Positions 11,250 through 25,260 of a stretch of DNA of 64,000 nucleotides are shown here, in pieces. Source of the stretch: Hypanus sabinus. Lineage: Eukaryota. The stretch's first letter is position 1, and every line of letters begins with the position of its first letter. The notes beneath the pieces were generated by a model that had not been told where the DNA came from, did no database searches, and saw nothing but the letters and a program-made list of their open reading frames with translations. The stretch covers positions 11,036,001 through 11,100,000 of the forward strand of contig NC_082731.1 of the NCBI RefSeq assembly GCF_030144855.1, given 5' to 3'. Made by a program: the position numbers and the translations under genes.

Positions 11250-12330
11250 TGATTAAGGTAACTCGGCAGAGTATAGAACCACTCAAGGATAAAATAGGAA
11301 GCATGCTTTTGGAGAGCGATTATGAGCGTTCAGTACTAAAGTGTACTTTGCATCGGTTTTTACCAAGGAGAGAGAATTAACGGGTAGTGAGACCAGAGTG
11401 GAGCATGATAATTTGCCAGGACATTTTGAGATTAGGAATATCTTTAAAATCATTCATCTTGAAGTGTTTGCAGGGCCTATTGAAGTATTCTAGAGAAAGG
11501 CGAGAACGGTGATTGCTGGTGCCATGACCATCATATTTGTACAAGTTCAAGTTGATGTTTGTTTATTGTCATTTGAGTGTACATATTTACAACCAAACGA
11601 AACAACGTTCCTCTGGACGACGGTGCAACCACACAACATATATCACACACAGTACAAAAAAAGCAAAATATTATACTAAAATAAGGTAGCAAATTATAAT
11701 TCAAAATGTATGTACTAATGCGCAGCGCAGGTAAATAGTAAACAGTACAGTAAGCAGTCCGCTGTCCTAGAGAAGATACATAGGTGTTGGCAGGGTATTC
11801 ATCTTCTCACACCCTGAGGGAAGCAGCTGTTGTAGGGGACAATGTGGTTCCTTTGTTCAGGAATGGAAATGGCGTTAATCTGGAAATAATAGATTGGTGG
11901 ATCTTATTGTCAGTGTTAGGGAAATTAATGCAGAGGATACTTAGAAATATAATTCATGAGCATTTGGAAAAGCAGAGCCTAATTAGGGATCATCAGCATA
12001 GCTTTGTGAGAGGCAGGTCATCTCTTAGTATCAGTATTGAATGTTTCGAGGTGATGAAGATGATTGATGAAGGTAGAGAGTTAGAATATGTCTACGTGGG
12101 TTTTCGGGAGATATGCGACAAGGCCATTCAAGGGAGACTCGTACAGAAGATTAAGACGCGTGTTATCTATGGTGACTTGGCCGTTTGGATTCATGATTGT
12201 GTCGTCTACCGAAGACAGTGCGTATTACTTGATTGTTGGCGCTGGTTCAAGTACTGTACGTGACTATTGTTGTTCCGTACCAGGACCTCCGACGTTACTG
12301 ATGATATATATAGTGGCAAGCATTTGGTCT
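11250..12330 (+). mobile_element. Degenerate CR1 RT fragment containing a short non-LTR insertion
   Basis: ORF 11784-12263 with LGKLMQRILR...HLEKQSLIRDHQHSFVRGRS...EYVYVGF, a CR1 RT segment. Confidence 0.7.
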
Positions 12331-12359
12331 ATGATGACAGACGAAAAAAAAGCTCATTA

Positions 12360-14330
12360 AGCTCGTTTAATTCAGCAGCTGATTTTATTGGGACAATTGC
12401 AAAGACTGGCAGGGCGCAATAGAAGCGTTTTCGCAAGTTCCCAAACGACTTTGCGACCCAGAAATAACCTTCTCCAGGAGCCCGTGCACGGACCGTAACA
12501 CCGTGGCCACGGCCAGAACAACAGCCCGTCCCGCTTCTCCAGCGTGCCCACTGAGAGAATAGGGCTTGAATGCCTGGATCTAGGGTGGAGACCTCTGCCA
12601 ACTCCGGCCATCGTCCCACGCTCAGCAATCCCTTTAATCGGGCCGGCAGAAGATCGCTCAGCTGTTCGCTGTGAAGCTGCAGGGCAATGGTGGGGAAGTC
12701 TTCATCGCTGCCACCTGAAGCGCCACCATCAGCGCTTACCGCTGTGTTGCTTTGGGCCATCTCGCGGTGTGCTGTACTGTGGCGGTTCGCGGTGAAACCG
12801 TGTTGCATTTTGCCGCCCCCGCCGGGTCCGCTTTCTGAAGGTGCCCTGCCGGAGAATCACGGATTCGGCGCCGAAGTAGAGTACTGCCCCCAGTAGATCC
12901 ACGTGCGCCCATCAGCGGGACATCAGGTCCAGGCCAATGAGGCAGGACTCCAGGATGTCAGCCATACGCACCTCGTGTTCTATTGTGTTTTCCCCCAATG
13001 CAATGCGCAGCCATCTCTTCCCCCATGGCGCCGCACAGTTGCCAGTAACCGTAGCCCGCTGGACCGGCGTGGCTGTCCACACAGGCAAGGTGGATGAGCC
13101 ATTTTGCGAGGAACCCTGGGTAGATAATGGTGAGGATTGACACCGTGTCCACCAACGCAAGACCTCTGATAACCCCTACCACGCAGTCAACACAAAAGCC
13201 TTGTTGTTCACCCAAACGTCCCACCCGGAGAGGGGACAGCCGAAGGTTTCTGCTGAAGGTTTCGAGCGGCGCAGGGGCTATGGCGTGGCGCTGCGCGGAG
13301 CAATCCCAGGCCATGTGGCTTGCCTCGTCATACCCTTAACAGAGACCGCTCCGTAACACGCGACGGGGCCTGAGCGGTGCTGGTCGGAACTGTCTCACGG
13401 GCTTCTCTTCGTCAGTTTTCTCCTCCACCTCGGCGACACAGGCCCAGGCTCTTTGCGGGCTGGGTGACACACGAATGCCTTGGGGGAGTGAAGTTGCTTC
13501 GCCCTTCTGCCTCTGCCAGCGATGATGGTGATGTCAGGGTAACATGCTGCCGAAGACGCTCCGGCGTGAGCGCCTTTCCGAAGGCGTGAAGGGCAAACAC
13601 TTCCTGGGCCGCGGAAGGGAACTGGGGTTAGCCATGACGAGCATAGTGGCGGAGATCAGCTGCAAACGCCCTCCAGGCTTTCTTCTAAAAGTCGCCATCT
13701 GCTGCCCAATTCTTCTCTCATTGTTTCCTCCAATGGCCTCTACCCGAAGCACAGCTCCTGCGCCGCTTGGATAGCCCTATAGTCATGCTGCTCAGCTGTC
13801 GTTAGGTCGAGCAGGGCACGCGTGGCGTCCCCATCCAGTGCGAGGACAAGGTCCACCGCCGTTTTGATGGGGATGCACATTGTGCCATGCGGCAAATTTG
13901 ACGCAACAGGAAAGGCTCCAGGCAGCTGGTAGCATTATATCTGAGGAGCTTCAAGGAGGACCATGTAACGTGAAAACTGTTGGTCCTCTTCTTCCTCTAG
14001 CGGCGTCAGTGGTAACTGCCATGTTGTCCGTCTTCCCATTGCTGTGGTATCTTGCGTTCCCCGGTGCGTTCCAGGAGGGAGTTGGGTGATGTGCTCTGCC
14101 ATGTCTCCCGGGTTTGAGAGCCTGCGGGACAGGCTCGCCCCGTCGGGGTCCCTTGGGAAGGCATAATGCTCAGTTCCCAGATCATCCCTCCGAGTCGGCG
14201 CCCCATCTTCAGCCCGAAGTAGCAGGGTAGACATACTTCTCAGTCCTTTGATCAATTCCCCGGGTTCTAAGGTGCTTCATCCGATGTCGTATATCTTCAA
14301 TCTCGCCGTCAATTTCTAATCCCGCTCCTG
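12360..14330 (-). mobile_element. Gypsy LTR retrotransposon relic A (gag, protease, integrase Zn-binding region)
   Basis: Gag-like FAADLRHYAR...ALHAFGKALTPERLRQHVTLTSP, protease-like ALVDTVS...LRIALGENTIEHEVRMADILESCLIGLDLM, and H2C2-like GYFWVAKSFGNLRKRFY. Many frameshifts. Confidence 0.8.
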
Positions 14331-15089
14331 ACCCCAATATGACGAGCATTCGGTGACAGACAAGAACTGCTCCTTTAACTCATCAGTCGTCTTTCTTGCA
14401 ACAAACACAAAAACAGACTGGCCGGTATGACCCAAGGAAAGAACCATCCAGTAACATACTGGTGGTGGAGGTCATTATTACACACCCTAGTTACAGTCAA
14501 TGTGACCCACAAACAAACAAACATACGAATAGCTATATAACCCAAGTTAAAATGTAACGATAAATGAACTTGAACTTCCCATCATAATCCCACGAAAGCA
14601 TTTTAAGACAAGAACAATAAATTGCTCTGGCCACTAGAAATGCTGGGGCGTGCTGTCCACCAGGCCCACTTCGACCTCGCCACACCCCCCCAGAGCCCTA
14701 CGATATATATTCATATTCAAGTACATTTGTTGAATATAGAAATTAGACATCCTTTAGATTTACATGCTTCCTGGTAGCCGCAAAGCAAGAAATCTGAAAG
14801 AACACAATTTAAAGTAAGAAAGAATAAGCATTAAAAAAGAGACCAAGCAACACACACAAAATGCTGGAGAACTCGGCAGGCCAGGTAGCATCAATGGAAA
14901 AATTGAAACAGTCGATGCTTCATGGGACCCTTCATTAAGACATGTGTTGTGTATTGCTTGGAACTCCAGCATCTGGGGTTTTTCTCTTATTAACGAAAGA
15001 CCAATACTCCGTGCACAAGAGCACGAAAAATATATACACGACATGCAAACAAATGAAGCGCACGACAGCATTCTAAACCACAAATGAGT

Positions 15090-18000
15090 CCTCAGATCCG
15101 AACCCCGGAGTAGACCCAAAACTTTGCTTATCAGTTTATCTTATTACCGGGTACGGAGCACAGCAGCCGGAGCAGTCTTCATAGCCTCAGCGCCATGGAG
15201 ATGACCATGGCGGAGAACGAGCGAAATCGGCACTCGTTCCGACTAATACCCTATCTTGTCAGTCTGTCTGGGCCAAGATTTAAATTGACCCAACGACGGA
15301 ACAGCGAAATTCTCTGGCGCCCTGGAGAGCGGACTGGCCATCGCGGAGAGTGAGCGGAATCCGTTCTTGCCTCGTATCTGGGCAGGCGTTTTTAATTCTA
15401 CTTCGCACTGGGGCCCAGGTACCGCTGACTGGAAAGGCCCTGGGCCAAGAGCACGCTGCCCAGCGAATCGCTCCGGCCCTGATTTCGTCGCCCAACACTA
15501 AGCCGCTCTTAACCTCCAAGTCCGCTCGGCCTTTCCTCCGCCTTCCTCGTGATGGAAAACTGGCACATTGCTTTGACTCCAGGGACAGGAACCCTCCCCA
15601 ATCTCCTTCCCTGCCCAGCCCTTCATGTGCACGTCGGGTCTACGCATTGCCATTAATGTACCGACTCCCCGGCCGGTATTCCAGACAGAGCTCATTAGCA
15701 GATAATGCCGACAAACAGTGCCTGTGACATCCAATTTCGCCGAGGTCAGGGTTGTCCGTCCACAGCCTTTTTCAATGCCAGGAACTCCAACTTGTGTGTG
15801 TGTGTGTGTGTGTGGGGGGGGGGGGCGGTTGTGTAGCTTCGCTCAGAGGGTGACAGACTCCAGCAGTTGTCAACCCTGTGCCATGGTCCCGATACAAAAC
15901 TCCCCTAAACCCTGTCTGCTGGCATCCGTGTGCAGTACATACGGCAATCGGGGATCTGCAAAAGCCAGTAGCTTTTTCGTCAGTAGCTCATTTAGCAACT
16001 GAGAGGCCTCTTCACATTTCGGATCCCATGCCGCTCCTAAAAGCTCCGAGGGGCTAAAATAATCTTTAGCAGCTTCTGTTTTCGTCCTTCTCCCTCTTTT
16101 CTCCAAGGGAGCGAACAGCACAGAAGCTAATTTAAATGGTAACTCACTTTAGAGTTGTCCTTCACGAACCTCCGATAGTTCCAACAGAATTGAAAGAACG
16201 AGGGCAGGGCGCTCACAGACTGAGGCCTTGGCCATGTGGTCACCACCTCTATGTTAGACGGATCTGTAGCTACTCCATCACATGTGCTCCACATAATTGA
16301 CAGACGTCCTGGTACTAGTCCAGGGAAAGTTCTAACCTGCAGCTTTCAGGCAGCACAGCACCTTTCAGTAGCCTAACGTCATACTCCTTCAAGATGGACC
16401 GGAACACGATGAGATCATCCAGGTACAGCAATACCTTAAGCAAGTTCATATTCCCCGGCTTTCTCCATGCTCTGGCCTATCTTTCCAAACTGGAAGAATC
16501 CCAGTAACCGTCTTCTGTTTGTCAGGATCACTCATGCGTATCTGGTAATATCCAGATGTAATATCCAGGTAATATTCAGAGATGTTCCCAACTTCCTTCA
16601 GCTTCCACACATGCTGCCGAAGGTCTACACCTCTTCAAGTGCCATTCGCAGTGACCTGTCTCTGAACGCTGTGTTCTCTGTCTCCCGAATGGTGTGGCGA
16701 ATGCTCTTGGAACAACCCACATCAAACTCGTCAGTGGAAAAGACATCTTCCAGCTTCAACATCTTCTCTATCAATCATCCCTCCAAATTCCAGGTACCGG
16801 GGAGTCCCCAGAGTTGAATGACTCGGCAGTCAAATTTCCCTTTTTTGGAGAGAGTTTCTTCCCGACTTGTCTCACAAGAACACTAGACATTACCGTCACC
16901 GGAAAGAGGTGCGCCAATGACATAAGCCGGCTATGGGTGCCCTCCCTCTCTGAGGTGTTCCTAACAATCACAGTCATTCTGTTGACTTGTGCAACCGAGG
17001 ACCTCTGCAGCTCGAATCTCATCAATACCCCAGCAGGTAAGGACGACTTCTCTTCGTGGTCTTCTTGAGCATCTACCAAGAGGTCCTTAACATCAGGCAT
17101 TCCGGGAAATTTGGGGTTTCCCGTCACTTTAGCTGCTTCTCCAGACCGTAACACGACTGGTTTGGACTGGGTGTACCACACAGTCCCTCTTTTATGCTCA
17201 TCATCCAGCCCAGTGCGGCCACACACTTCCTCAAAAGCAGCTCAGAACATAAGGTAAATGGACAATGTTCTCTGAAAACTGTCTCCAACTTTCTCCTTGC
17301 AGGCTCCCATTAGCCTCCTCACAATAGGAGGATTCGTCCCCACAAGAACTGAAGCTTCGGCCTTTTCGAATGGGTCCGGACAAACTAACACAAATGTATC
17401 AAGGACCTCAGCTACTCCCACATCTGCCTCCGAAAACTCCAGATTCAAGGACAAGTGACCATCATATGGGTAGTCATCCGTACTAAGCCTCCAGATCACG
17501 AGCGCACTGAATTGCGTCAACGGTAAATGCGTCAAATACTGGTTGTAAAACAAACGGTACATCAGAGTAACCCGAGAGCCTGTGTCAAATATGGCTCTTG
17601 CATAAATACCCTCGATCCGTAGCGATACACTGGAGCTTGGCCCCACTAAGCCTTCAGGAGTAGGATATTTTGCTTTGGAGTTTTCGTTGATATATTGATT
17701 GGAACGTATTCCGCCCACTCCCCCGCCAAGAAGCCAGGCCGTTTCTTCACTGGGTTCTAAGTTTCCGACGTTTTTCTCCGCTTAGGTAGCTGGGGGCTTA
17801 CTCTCGGAAGATTTCTCGGCCTTCACACTCCCGCCTGAAGTGTTTCTCTTCCCCATCGTTATCGCAGATAATACCTGTCGCTCCCCTTCTCGCGGGACCC
17901 TGTTCACTAGCAGCCCTCAGGGGGTTAGACTCCCAGTCGGCTTTGTCATGCGGCGTGGTCTCACCCGCAGATAACAACATGGATATCTTAGTTCTAAACT

Positions 18001-18240
18001 CCACTACAGTTCCCTTATCATCCACGAGGAAGGGCTATCAGGGATCTCTAGCAACGGAGGCTACTACCGAGGAATTTACCTTGCTGACGGAGATCCGACG
18101 CGCCTCCGTCGCATTTTCCTCCTCTCGTAATTCTCTGATCAGCTCAAAACAAACGAGGGAGTGGGGCGTGTCTTCCAAGATATTGGGAGACCCCAGGCGA
18201 TCATGTCATGCGTCTGTGCACCTTTCAGGTACAGAGCAAC
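15090..18240 (-). mobile_element. Gypsy LTR retrotransposon relic B (PNMA-like gag with Zn knuckle, protease, RT, RNase H)
   Basis: C-x2-x-GEEKHFRREC knuckle (~17830-17870), FDTGS protease motif (~17578-17586), LLYLDDLIVF RT motif (YLDD at 16414-16425), RNase H LAFADPRLPYVLHTDASRQGLG and LEYRPGS. Confidence 0.88.
15793..15826. repeat. (TG)n(G)n microsatellite inside Gypsy relic B
   Basis: Direct inspection of the sequence. Confidence 0.9.
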
Positions 18241-19929
18241 CTTGGAGGTCCATGTCCACAGCTCACTGAGAGTTGCAGCACAATTTGATAGGGTGGTAAA
18301 GAAAACGAATCTCATGTTTGCCTTTATTAGTCAGAGATATGTGTTCAAGCCTCAGGAAATAAAGTTACAATTTGATATGTGCAGAAGAGCTTTATAAGCA
18401 TATAAAGTGCAGGAAGCCGAAATATTTTCAACAGGATTGAAATGTGTGATACTAGAAGACTTGCATTGACGGTGAGAGGAAAATTTAAAAAGAGAGGTGC
18501 GGGCCATTTATTTTACATAGAGACCGATGTGGGTTTGGACACGTCGCTCGCATCCTCAGGCTTTACTTCATTATGAAATGGTATTTTCTGTTAATGGCAA
18601 TCGAATGAATAAATTGGATAGACGAGGGAACCAAGGTCAGACACCATGTTTCTATGATAGAGCCATGCCTTTTCAGTGACACCATTTAAGGTGGCCGAGT
18701 ATTCCAACAAAAATACTTTATTATCACTTGAAAGGAATGTGTTATCCATGTCAGAGCAATAACCAAGTCGCAGAAAAAATTGAAGCCAAATTGAAATCGA
18801 TATTCATAATTTTGTCAGTCTAACAAGAGAACATATGACGGTATTGCTATGACTTTATGCATGTGCATTCGTACTGGCAGCTTAGGGTGATTCTTGATTC
18901 CCGGTAGCATGTTATCATCGTCTGGATCTAAGGAGTTGGTGCTTAAAATCAGCTGTTGTGGAAGAATAGTCCAATCAAACAACGTAACGTGCTGAACAAC
19001 GAGTAAGTGACCGTTGCGCCCTTATCTTAATTCGCCATCTATTATTGTCCATCTGTTGTTCACCGAAAACCGCAACATCTAGGGTCGGGTTTGCCCCGTG
19101 CTGCTTTTAGAAGGAGGCGTTCGCTTAATTTCAAGAAGTAAAACTATGGGATGAGACACTGAATAAAATTATTGACAGATAGAATAGGTGGGTGGAGGCA
19201 GCAGTAGTTTTGTACAGCTGTTTCAGTGAGCGGAGCTGCCTCCTGCACTGCGTTGAAAAATCAAAGACATAAGCATATTCATTCGGCATTCACTTGGTGA
19301 TGTTGGACGAAAGTGAACATCTGATTCAATTGAGTCTTTAACTTTACAATACACATGATTTGTACAGTGGCCCCAGAAATTCTTCAGATATGATTTTATA
19401 ACCGATCACCAGTACGATTAACATACACAGATTCCCAATATTGCGTGTGCGCTTCACGTACACGCCGATCTATACATTAAAATTCTGTTTCTCTAAATTA
19501 TTTTGGAATTAAGAATGGGAAACACCAAGACGGCAGACGATATTTTAAAAGATATTTTGTGTCATATTTCTTCAGAGGTTACATTCCGGAACGAGTCAGA
19601 AGACAAAAATTGCAAAGAAGGAGGGAATTCAGTTCTATTACAATCGGCAGGTTAGTAGTACTGAGCAATTGTTGGAGCGCATGATGGCAAGTCTCCGTTT
19701 TCGATAGATTCATCCAAATGTCTGAGAAATAGTGGCTGCTAAGATGGCTTTTGACTTTCCAAACAACATTGGATTGTCGCTGTGAACTTCGTAAATAAAC
19801 CTGAAGTTCAATAATGGATTGCAATTCAATCTATCACGTATGTGAAGGAGGTCATCGCATTTGTTCAGCCTTTCTGATTTCTATATGACAAAACTGCTAT
19901 AAATGCTGTCCTAGGCCAATCAACATCTC

Positions 19930-20900
19930 CGTTGTATCGTCTAGTCTTTGAAATGAGTCCCTGGTCCTATGGCAATTAATGAGTCAGTTGTGAAGCAGAT
20001 AAGCAGCTTCAAGTTCCTGGGTGTCGCCATTTCAGCGGAACTATCTTGTCCCAATACCTCATTTGTAATGGCCACTATTCTCAAAAATCTTGTGCTGTGC
20101 AATTGTTTTCCCAGTGACCACATGTGCGCAGTGAATAATTTCTTCAGTACAAACAGTATAAATAACCCGTTTCTAAAATCTGTAGACAAATCATCACGTA
20201 CTCCACGCTATCAACACCATTGATTCAGAAACCGGTAAAGGAAACGTTCATAAAATATACTTAAATGCCAAAGAGATAAAGAGTAACAACCTTGTGTGCA
20301 CATTTTAAGATTCCTTTGTGCGCTCATAGCAAAAGATGCATTGGTGCGCACAGGCACATACATTACGGGGAACATTGGCTAGCACATTGATGAAATTACG
20401 AATAAGGAATTTGCGGAGATTTATGATATCACCAAATGCATTTGCAAAATTCTTCGGATGTACTGTGGAGAGTATTCGGACTGGTCGTTTCACCACCTTG
20501 CGCAGAGGTTCCGAAGTGCAGTATCAAATGAGGTTGCAAAGGGTTGAAGGAAGACTCAGTCATCTGCTTCACAGACGGATACATGCCACCATCACGAACA
20601 TTCCAAAAGGCTGTCTCTCAAGAAGAAGACATCCATCATTAAGTACTCTCACCATCCGAGATGTGCCCTCTTACTATTGCCATTGAATAGAAAGTATAAG
20701 AGCCTGAACACCCACCCTCAGCTATCACATTTCTGAATGGTCCTTGAACCTAGAAATACAACCTTACGATTCCAATTCTATGTGTTTATTTATTGCAGCT
20801 TATGTAAATGTTATATCTTGCATTGTACCTGTGTTGTGAAGAAACACATTTCAAGACATATTCTTTGTCAGTGATAATAAAACCGCTTTCCATTCTGATT
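19930..20900 (+). mobile_element. Rex1/Babar LINE 3' fragments
   Basis: INESVVKQISSFKFLGVAISAELS and FAKFFGCTVESIRTG motifs plus the family 3' tail. Confidence 0.65.
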
Positions 20901-21587
20901 CGAATTTCAAACAGAGTGGAATTGAAACCCAACGAACGGAGCCTTAAGTTTCACCCTGGTGTGCAAAAAATGTTTTGTGTTGCTGTCTTAAAGAGCTGTG
21001 ATAGTTTTACAAGGCTCTGTTGTAATTGATCGGAGTGACCTGAAGATGTGGTCCGGAAGTCTGGAAAAATTCAACGAAGGAGTAATGAGAAGTCAGGGCA
21101 TATATGTACTGAGTAAGATAAAATGAAGGGCTCCGATTTATAGATCAAACGTTGTGGAAAATTTGGTACAGATTCTGGTTATTGCCCAAATGCTGAATCT
21201 TGCAAAACACAGTTAAGTAAAAAAAAATCAAAGGAGTTATTAAGGATAAAATTGGATCACTCAGAAATGAGAAAATTTAATGTGTGCAGTTGTGACATGG
21301 CACCCCAAACCTGTTCTTAGACTTCTGACCGAACAAAGCATTCAAGTCCTACAATTTTTTCAACACCCTGTCTACCTGCGTCACAACATTCAGGCAACTA
21401 TACACTCGAAATGCATTACCGCACGTGTGTGAGATATATTCGACTTATTTAATTTTGAGATATGCCCAGTTTCCCAGGAAATCTAGAGAACGAACGTGGG
21501 TAAGTGTCTTCATTTTCCATTTTGTTCTAATTTTGATGTTAACCACAAGTTTACAAATCATGGCACCGATATTCTCATCCAAATTTC

Positions 21588-23505
21588 AATCGACAACAAG
21601 GATATTGCTTCCTGAATACCCTTAGGCATATTTCACGGATGTTGCGCTGCTGATCATGCAAATCATCAGGAAACGTCCCCAACGCGCACCAGAAGCTCTG
21701 CATGACAGATGCTGCACGGAAGGACTTGTTTTGGAAAGGCGATAAAAACATCACTCACACACTATTCTATGCACTGCATTTACTTGTATATCGGTTTGCG
21801 ATCACGTTAATACGCATGCTCTATGCGCTTAGCATATTGTGTGTTCTCATTGGAATGAAGTAACCGGTTTTTTTTTTAGGAGTATTTGTGATAGAAAGAT
21901 GTCTAGCAAATGTTGCAATAGCCGTGATATTTTCTGTTACATTTGTGGCAAGTATACGTTTAAATGTCAAAGACAGAGCAGCACTCCGCTTGTTAATAAG
22001 ACATACAAGCTATACTTCGGGAATAAAATTCGTGATCAAGAGAAAGCCTTGTCTCTTCACATTTGTTCCACAACACCCGTTGTACTTTATAACTTGGCTC
22101 AGAGGTACTTGGAAGTCAAAGGCGATCGCTTTCCCGATGATATGGCGAGAACAGAAAGATCATCTGACAGACTACTACTTCTGTCTAACCATTATTTCTG
22201 ATTTCTCTGCTAAAAATAAGAAATGCATCGAATTTCCTTGCAGCGGATAGTGAGTTCAGCTGAGAAGATCATCTGGGTCGCACCTCCTGCCATCACGGAC
22301 ATTTACTCTACACGCTGCATCCGCAAAGGAAACAGCATTATGAAGGACCCCATGCACCCCTTATACAATCTCTTCACCCTCCTGCCGTCTGGGAAAAGGC
22401 TCCGAAACATTCGGGCTCTCACGACCAGACTATGTAACAGTTTCTTCCCCCAAGCTATCAGACTCCTCAGTACCCGAAGCCTGGACTGACACCTTGCCCT
22501 ACTGTCCTGTTTATTATTTATTGTAATGCCTGCACTGTTTTTGTGCACTTTATGCAGTCCAGTATAGGTCTGTAGTCTAGTGTTGCTTTCTCTGTGTTTT
22601 TTTTTACGTAGTTCAGTCTAGTTTTTTGTACCGATCATGTAACACCATGGTCCTGAAAAACGTTGTCTCATATTTACTATGCACTGTACCAGCAGTTATC
22701 GTCGGAAAGACAATAAAGGTTGACGTGACTTCAATAACTCATTCTCCCTTCATGCAAGTGCCGTATGACGAAAGTCTTCCAGTAACGAAGCCAGCATTGA
22801 CATGGAGTCCAGAGAAGGCAAACGAAGCTGCCACGGTTCACGCTCTGGGTATGGAAAAAATACTGATACAGATTTTGAACCTTTTCTGTTGAGAGAGCCT
22901 CATCTGATAACTCAATCTGAGTTAAATGACCTGGTCAGAGACTTGAGTTTGTTATATACAAAAGCAGAATTACGGGGCTTAAAACTGTAAGGATAGAATC
23001 TGCTGTCATTAGATACAAATATCGCCTGAAGGATTTCGATATTTGATACAGATGATTCCCAGAATAACTGATGCGAAGATTAATGAAGCTTTTTTTTTGT
23101 TGGACCACAAATCAAACAGGCCATCAATGACAGGCAATTCGGAAACAAAATTTTAGCTGGACCAGAGAGAATCGCATGGAAGGCACTCTAAGGGTGTTAC
23201 TGAAAAGTTTCTTGGCAACTCCGGTGCATCAGTGCTGACTGACATGCTTAAAACATACGAAACCATGAGGTGCAAAATGTCACTAAAGATTCCTTTCCTC
23301 CATTCCCAGTTAGTCTTCTTTTCTGTACTCTTTTGCGCTGTTAGTGGCAAGCATGATTAAAGATTTTTTTTGTGGGGCATTGCGGGCCAGAGAAACGTTA
23401 TCAGGGAAAATGGGATTCGTCAGTGCTGGCCGATTACTGTTGGGCACTTAATCGTGAAGCCTCAGACGCTGAGTACAAACGAAAATCATCATCAAAACAG
23501 TGAAG
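21588..23505 (+). mobile_element. Degenerate DNA transposase, Chapaev3 (CMC)-like, split by a Rex1 insertion
   Basis: Collinear motifs KCCNSRDIFCYICGKY, FPMIWREQKDHLTDYYFCL, ITQSELNDLVRDL, CKMSLKIPFLHSQL and EKRYQGKWDSSVLADYCWAL...YKRKS. Family assignment is from memory of these motifs and the termini were not confidently established. Confidence 0.7.
22237..22730 (+). mobile_element. Rex1/Babar LINE 3' end inserted in the Chapaev-like transposase
   Basis: LQRIVSSAEKII...DPMHPLYNLFTLLPSGKRLRNIRALTTRLCNSFFPQAIRLL interrupts the transposase between IEF and the MQVPYDESLP segment. Confidence 0.8.
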
Positions 23506-23899
23506 CCACTTCCAATTCCTATGGCACACTAGTCGAAGACCTCTAATCCGAATAGCAACCTTGCACGATCTTTTCATGCCTTCTACCCACCAAATCAATT
23601 GTACATCCATTTTCCAGTTCATTCTGGATCCTATATAGTGCAACCAAACTTTCGGAGCAGTCTGACAGACAGGACCATTTCACATTATTGCTAAATTCCG
23701 TGGAGAATTCAACTTCTCTCAATCCTCTTAGACACCTTCTCAAAAAGCTCAGTCAATTTCGTGAGATACAACTTTTTACGTACAAAGCCATATTGTTAGT
23801 TCTGCAAATTAGCAGATTGTTCAAAAGAAGAGCAAGTAAATACAAAATGTGGAATTTGAAGCTTTCTTGGTAGCCGAAAGGTATGTGTAACAGTGGGTA

Positions 23900-25260
23900 G
23901 GAATTGTTCTTTGCTACCATATACCTTCCCCTTCAGTCCTGTGGCTCTTCCACTTATCGTGTCCCATCTTAACACATCATTGACACTCTCCCATCCTCCT
24001 CACTGTTACTTCCCTTCCATCTCCCAGCTGGGTTCACCAACCACACGCCTGTTTGTGCTTCTCCCTTCCCCACATTATTTTATGCAGCTTCTGTCCTCCT
24101 TTTCAGTCTTCATAAAGGTTCTCGCCCTGAAGTTTCGACTGCAACACACGTAAAATACTGGAGGAACTCAGTACGTCAGGCAGCATCTCGGCCATGAATA
24201 AACAGTTGACATCTCAGGCTGAGACCGTTCACCAGGACAGGAAAGGAAGAGGGAAGATGCTGAATATGAAGGAGGAGGGAGGGGAGGAGAACAATAAAAA
24301 TTGAAGGCAGCTGGATGGGGATGGGGGATGGACCTGAGAATTTGTGAGGTGATACGTGCAAAGGGGAAAGAGCTGGATAAGAATTTTGATGGGAGAGAAG
24401 AGTGGATTACGGGAGAAGTGGAAGGAGGGTGGTCACCATAGGAGGTAATAGGTTGCTGAGGAAAAGAGGGAAGAGGCCTGAGTGGGGAATTGAAACAGAA
24501 GGAAGAGGAAAGGAATGAACTACCAGAAATTCCAAACATCGAAGTTCATGCCATTTGGTTGGAGGCTACCTAGATGGAGTACCTGTTTTTCTTTCAACGT
24601 GAGAATCGCCTCATCATGGTAGAAGAGCAGGCCATGGACCAACATGTTGGAACAGAAATGGGGATCAGAACTGAAATGATTGGCCACCCAGAAATTCCAC
24701 TTTTAGCGATGTAGCTGAAGGACTCACAAAACGGTCCATCAATACGTCAGATCTCACCAATGTAGAATAAATGATGTCCAGAGTATCGGACAGATTAAAC
24801 ACCGATTTGCAGGTGAGGTGTTGCCTCAACTGGAAGGGATGTTTATGGCCCTGAATGGAGGTGCTGGAGGAGATCCATAGGCAGGTATTTCACTTCTGCC
24901 ATTTGCAGTGTAAGTGCCACAATGGAGTATGGGTGTGTGTGTGTGGGGGGGGGGGGGGGGAGGGAGGAATGAATGCGCAGAGAAATCACGGAGGGAGTGA
25001 TCCTTATGGAAAGTGGGAGTAGGGCGGCGGAAGGTACAGATGCGTTTAGTGGTAGCGTCCCGTTGAAGATGGCTAAAGTTGCAGAGGATGATGTGCTGAA
25101 TACGGAGACTCAGGGGTGGCAGATAAGAAAACTGCAATTATTATCCTGTCAAGGTGACGGTAAGATAGGGTGAGCACAGATGTCCAGGAAATAGAGTACA
25201 TAGGGGTGAGAGCAGCATTAATGGTGGAGGAAATATCTTCTGTTCACTACCCGCTATAGA
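23900..25260 (-). mobile_element. Penelope-like element fragments
   Basis: Minus-strand text homologous to the Penelope copy at 58.6-59.8 kb (RT/GIY-YIG junction, pyrimidine-rich 3' region, AAAATACTGGAGGAACTCAG terminal). Confidence 0.65.

Noticed and set aside
19576-19651. AG...GTTAGT-bounded open 75-nt segment (EVTFRNESEDKNCKEGGNSVLLQSA)
   Set aside because: No recognisable homology and no partner exons.
23860-23894. AACAGTG as the right TIR of the Chapaev-like element
   Set aside because: It does not match the putative left end beyond the terminal bases.
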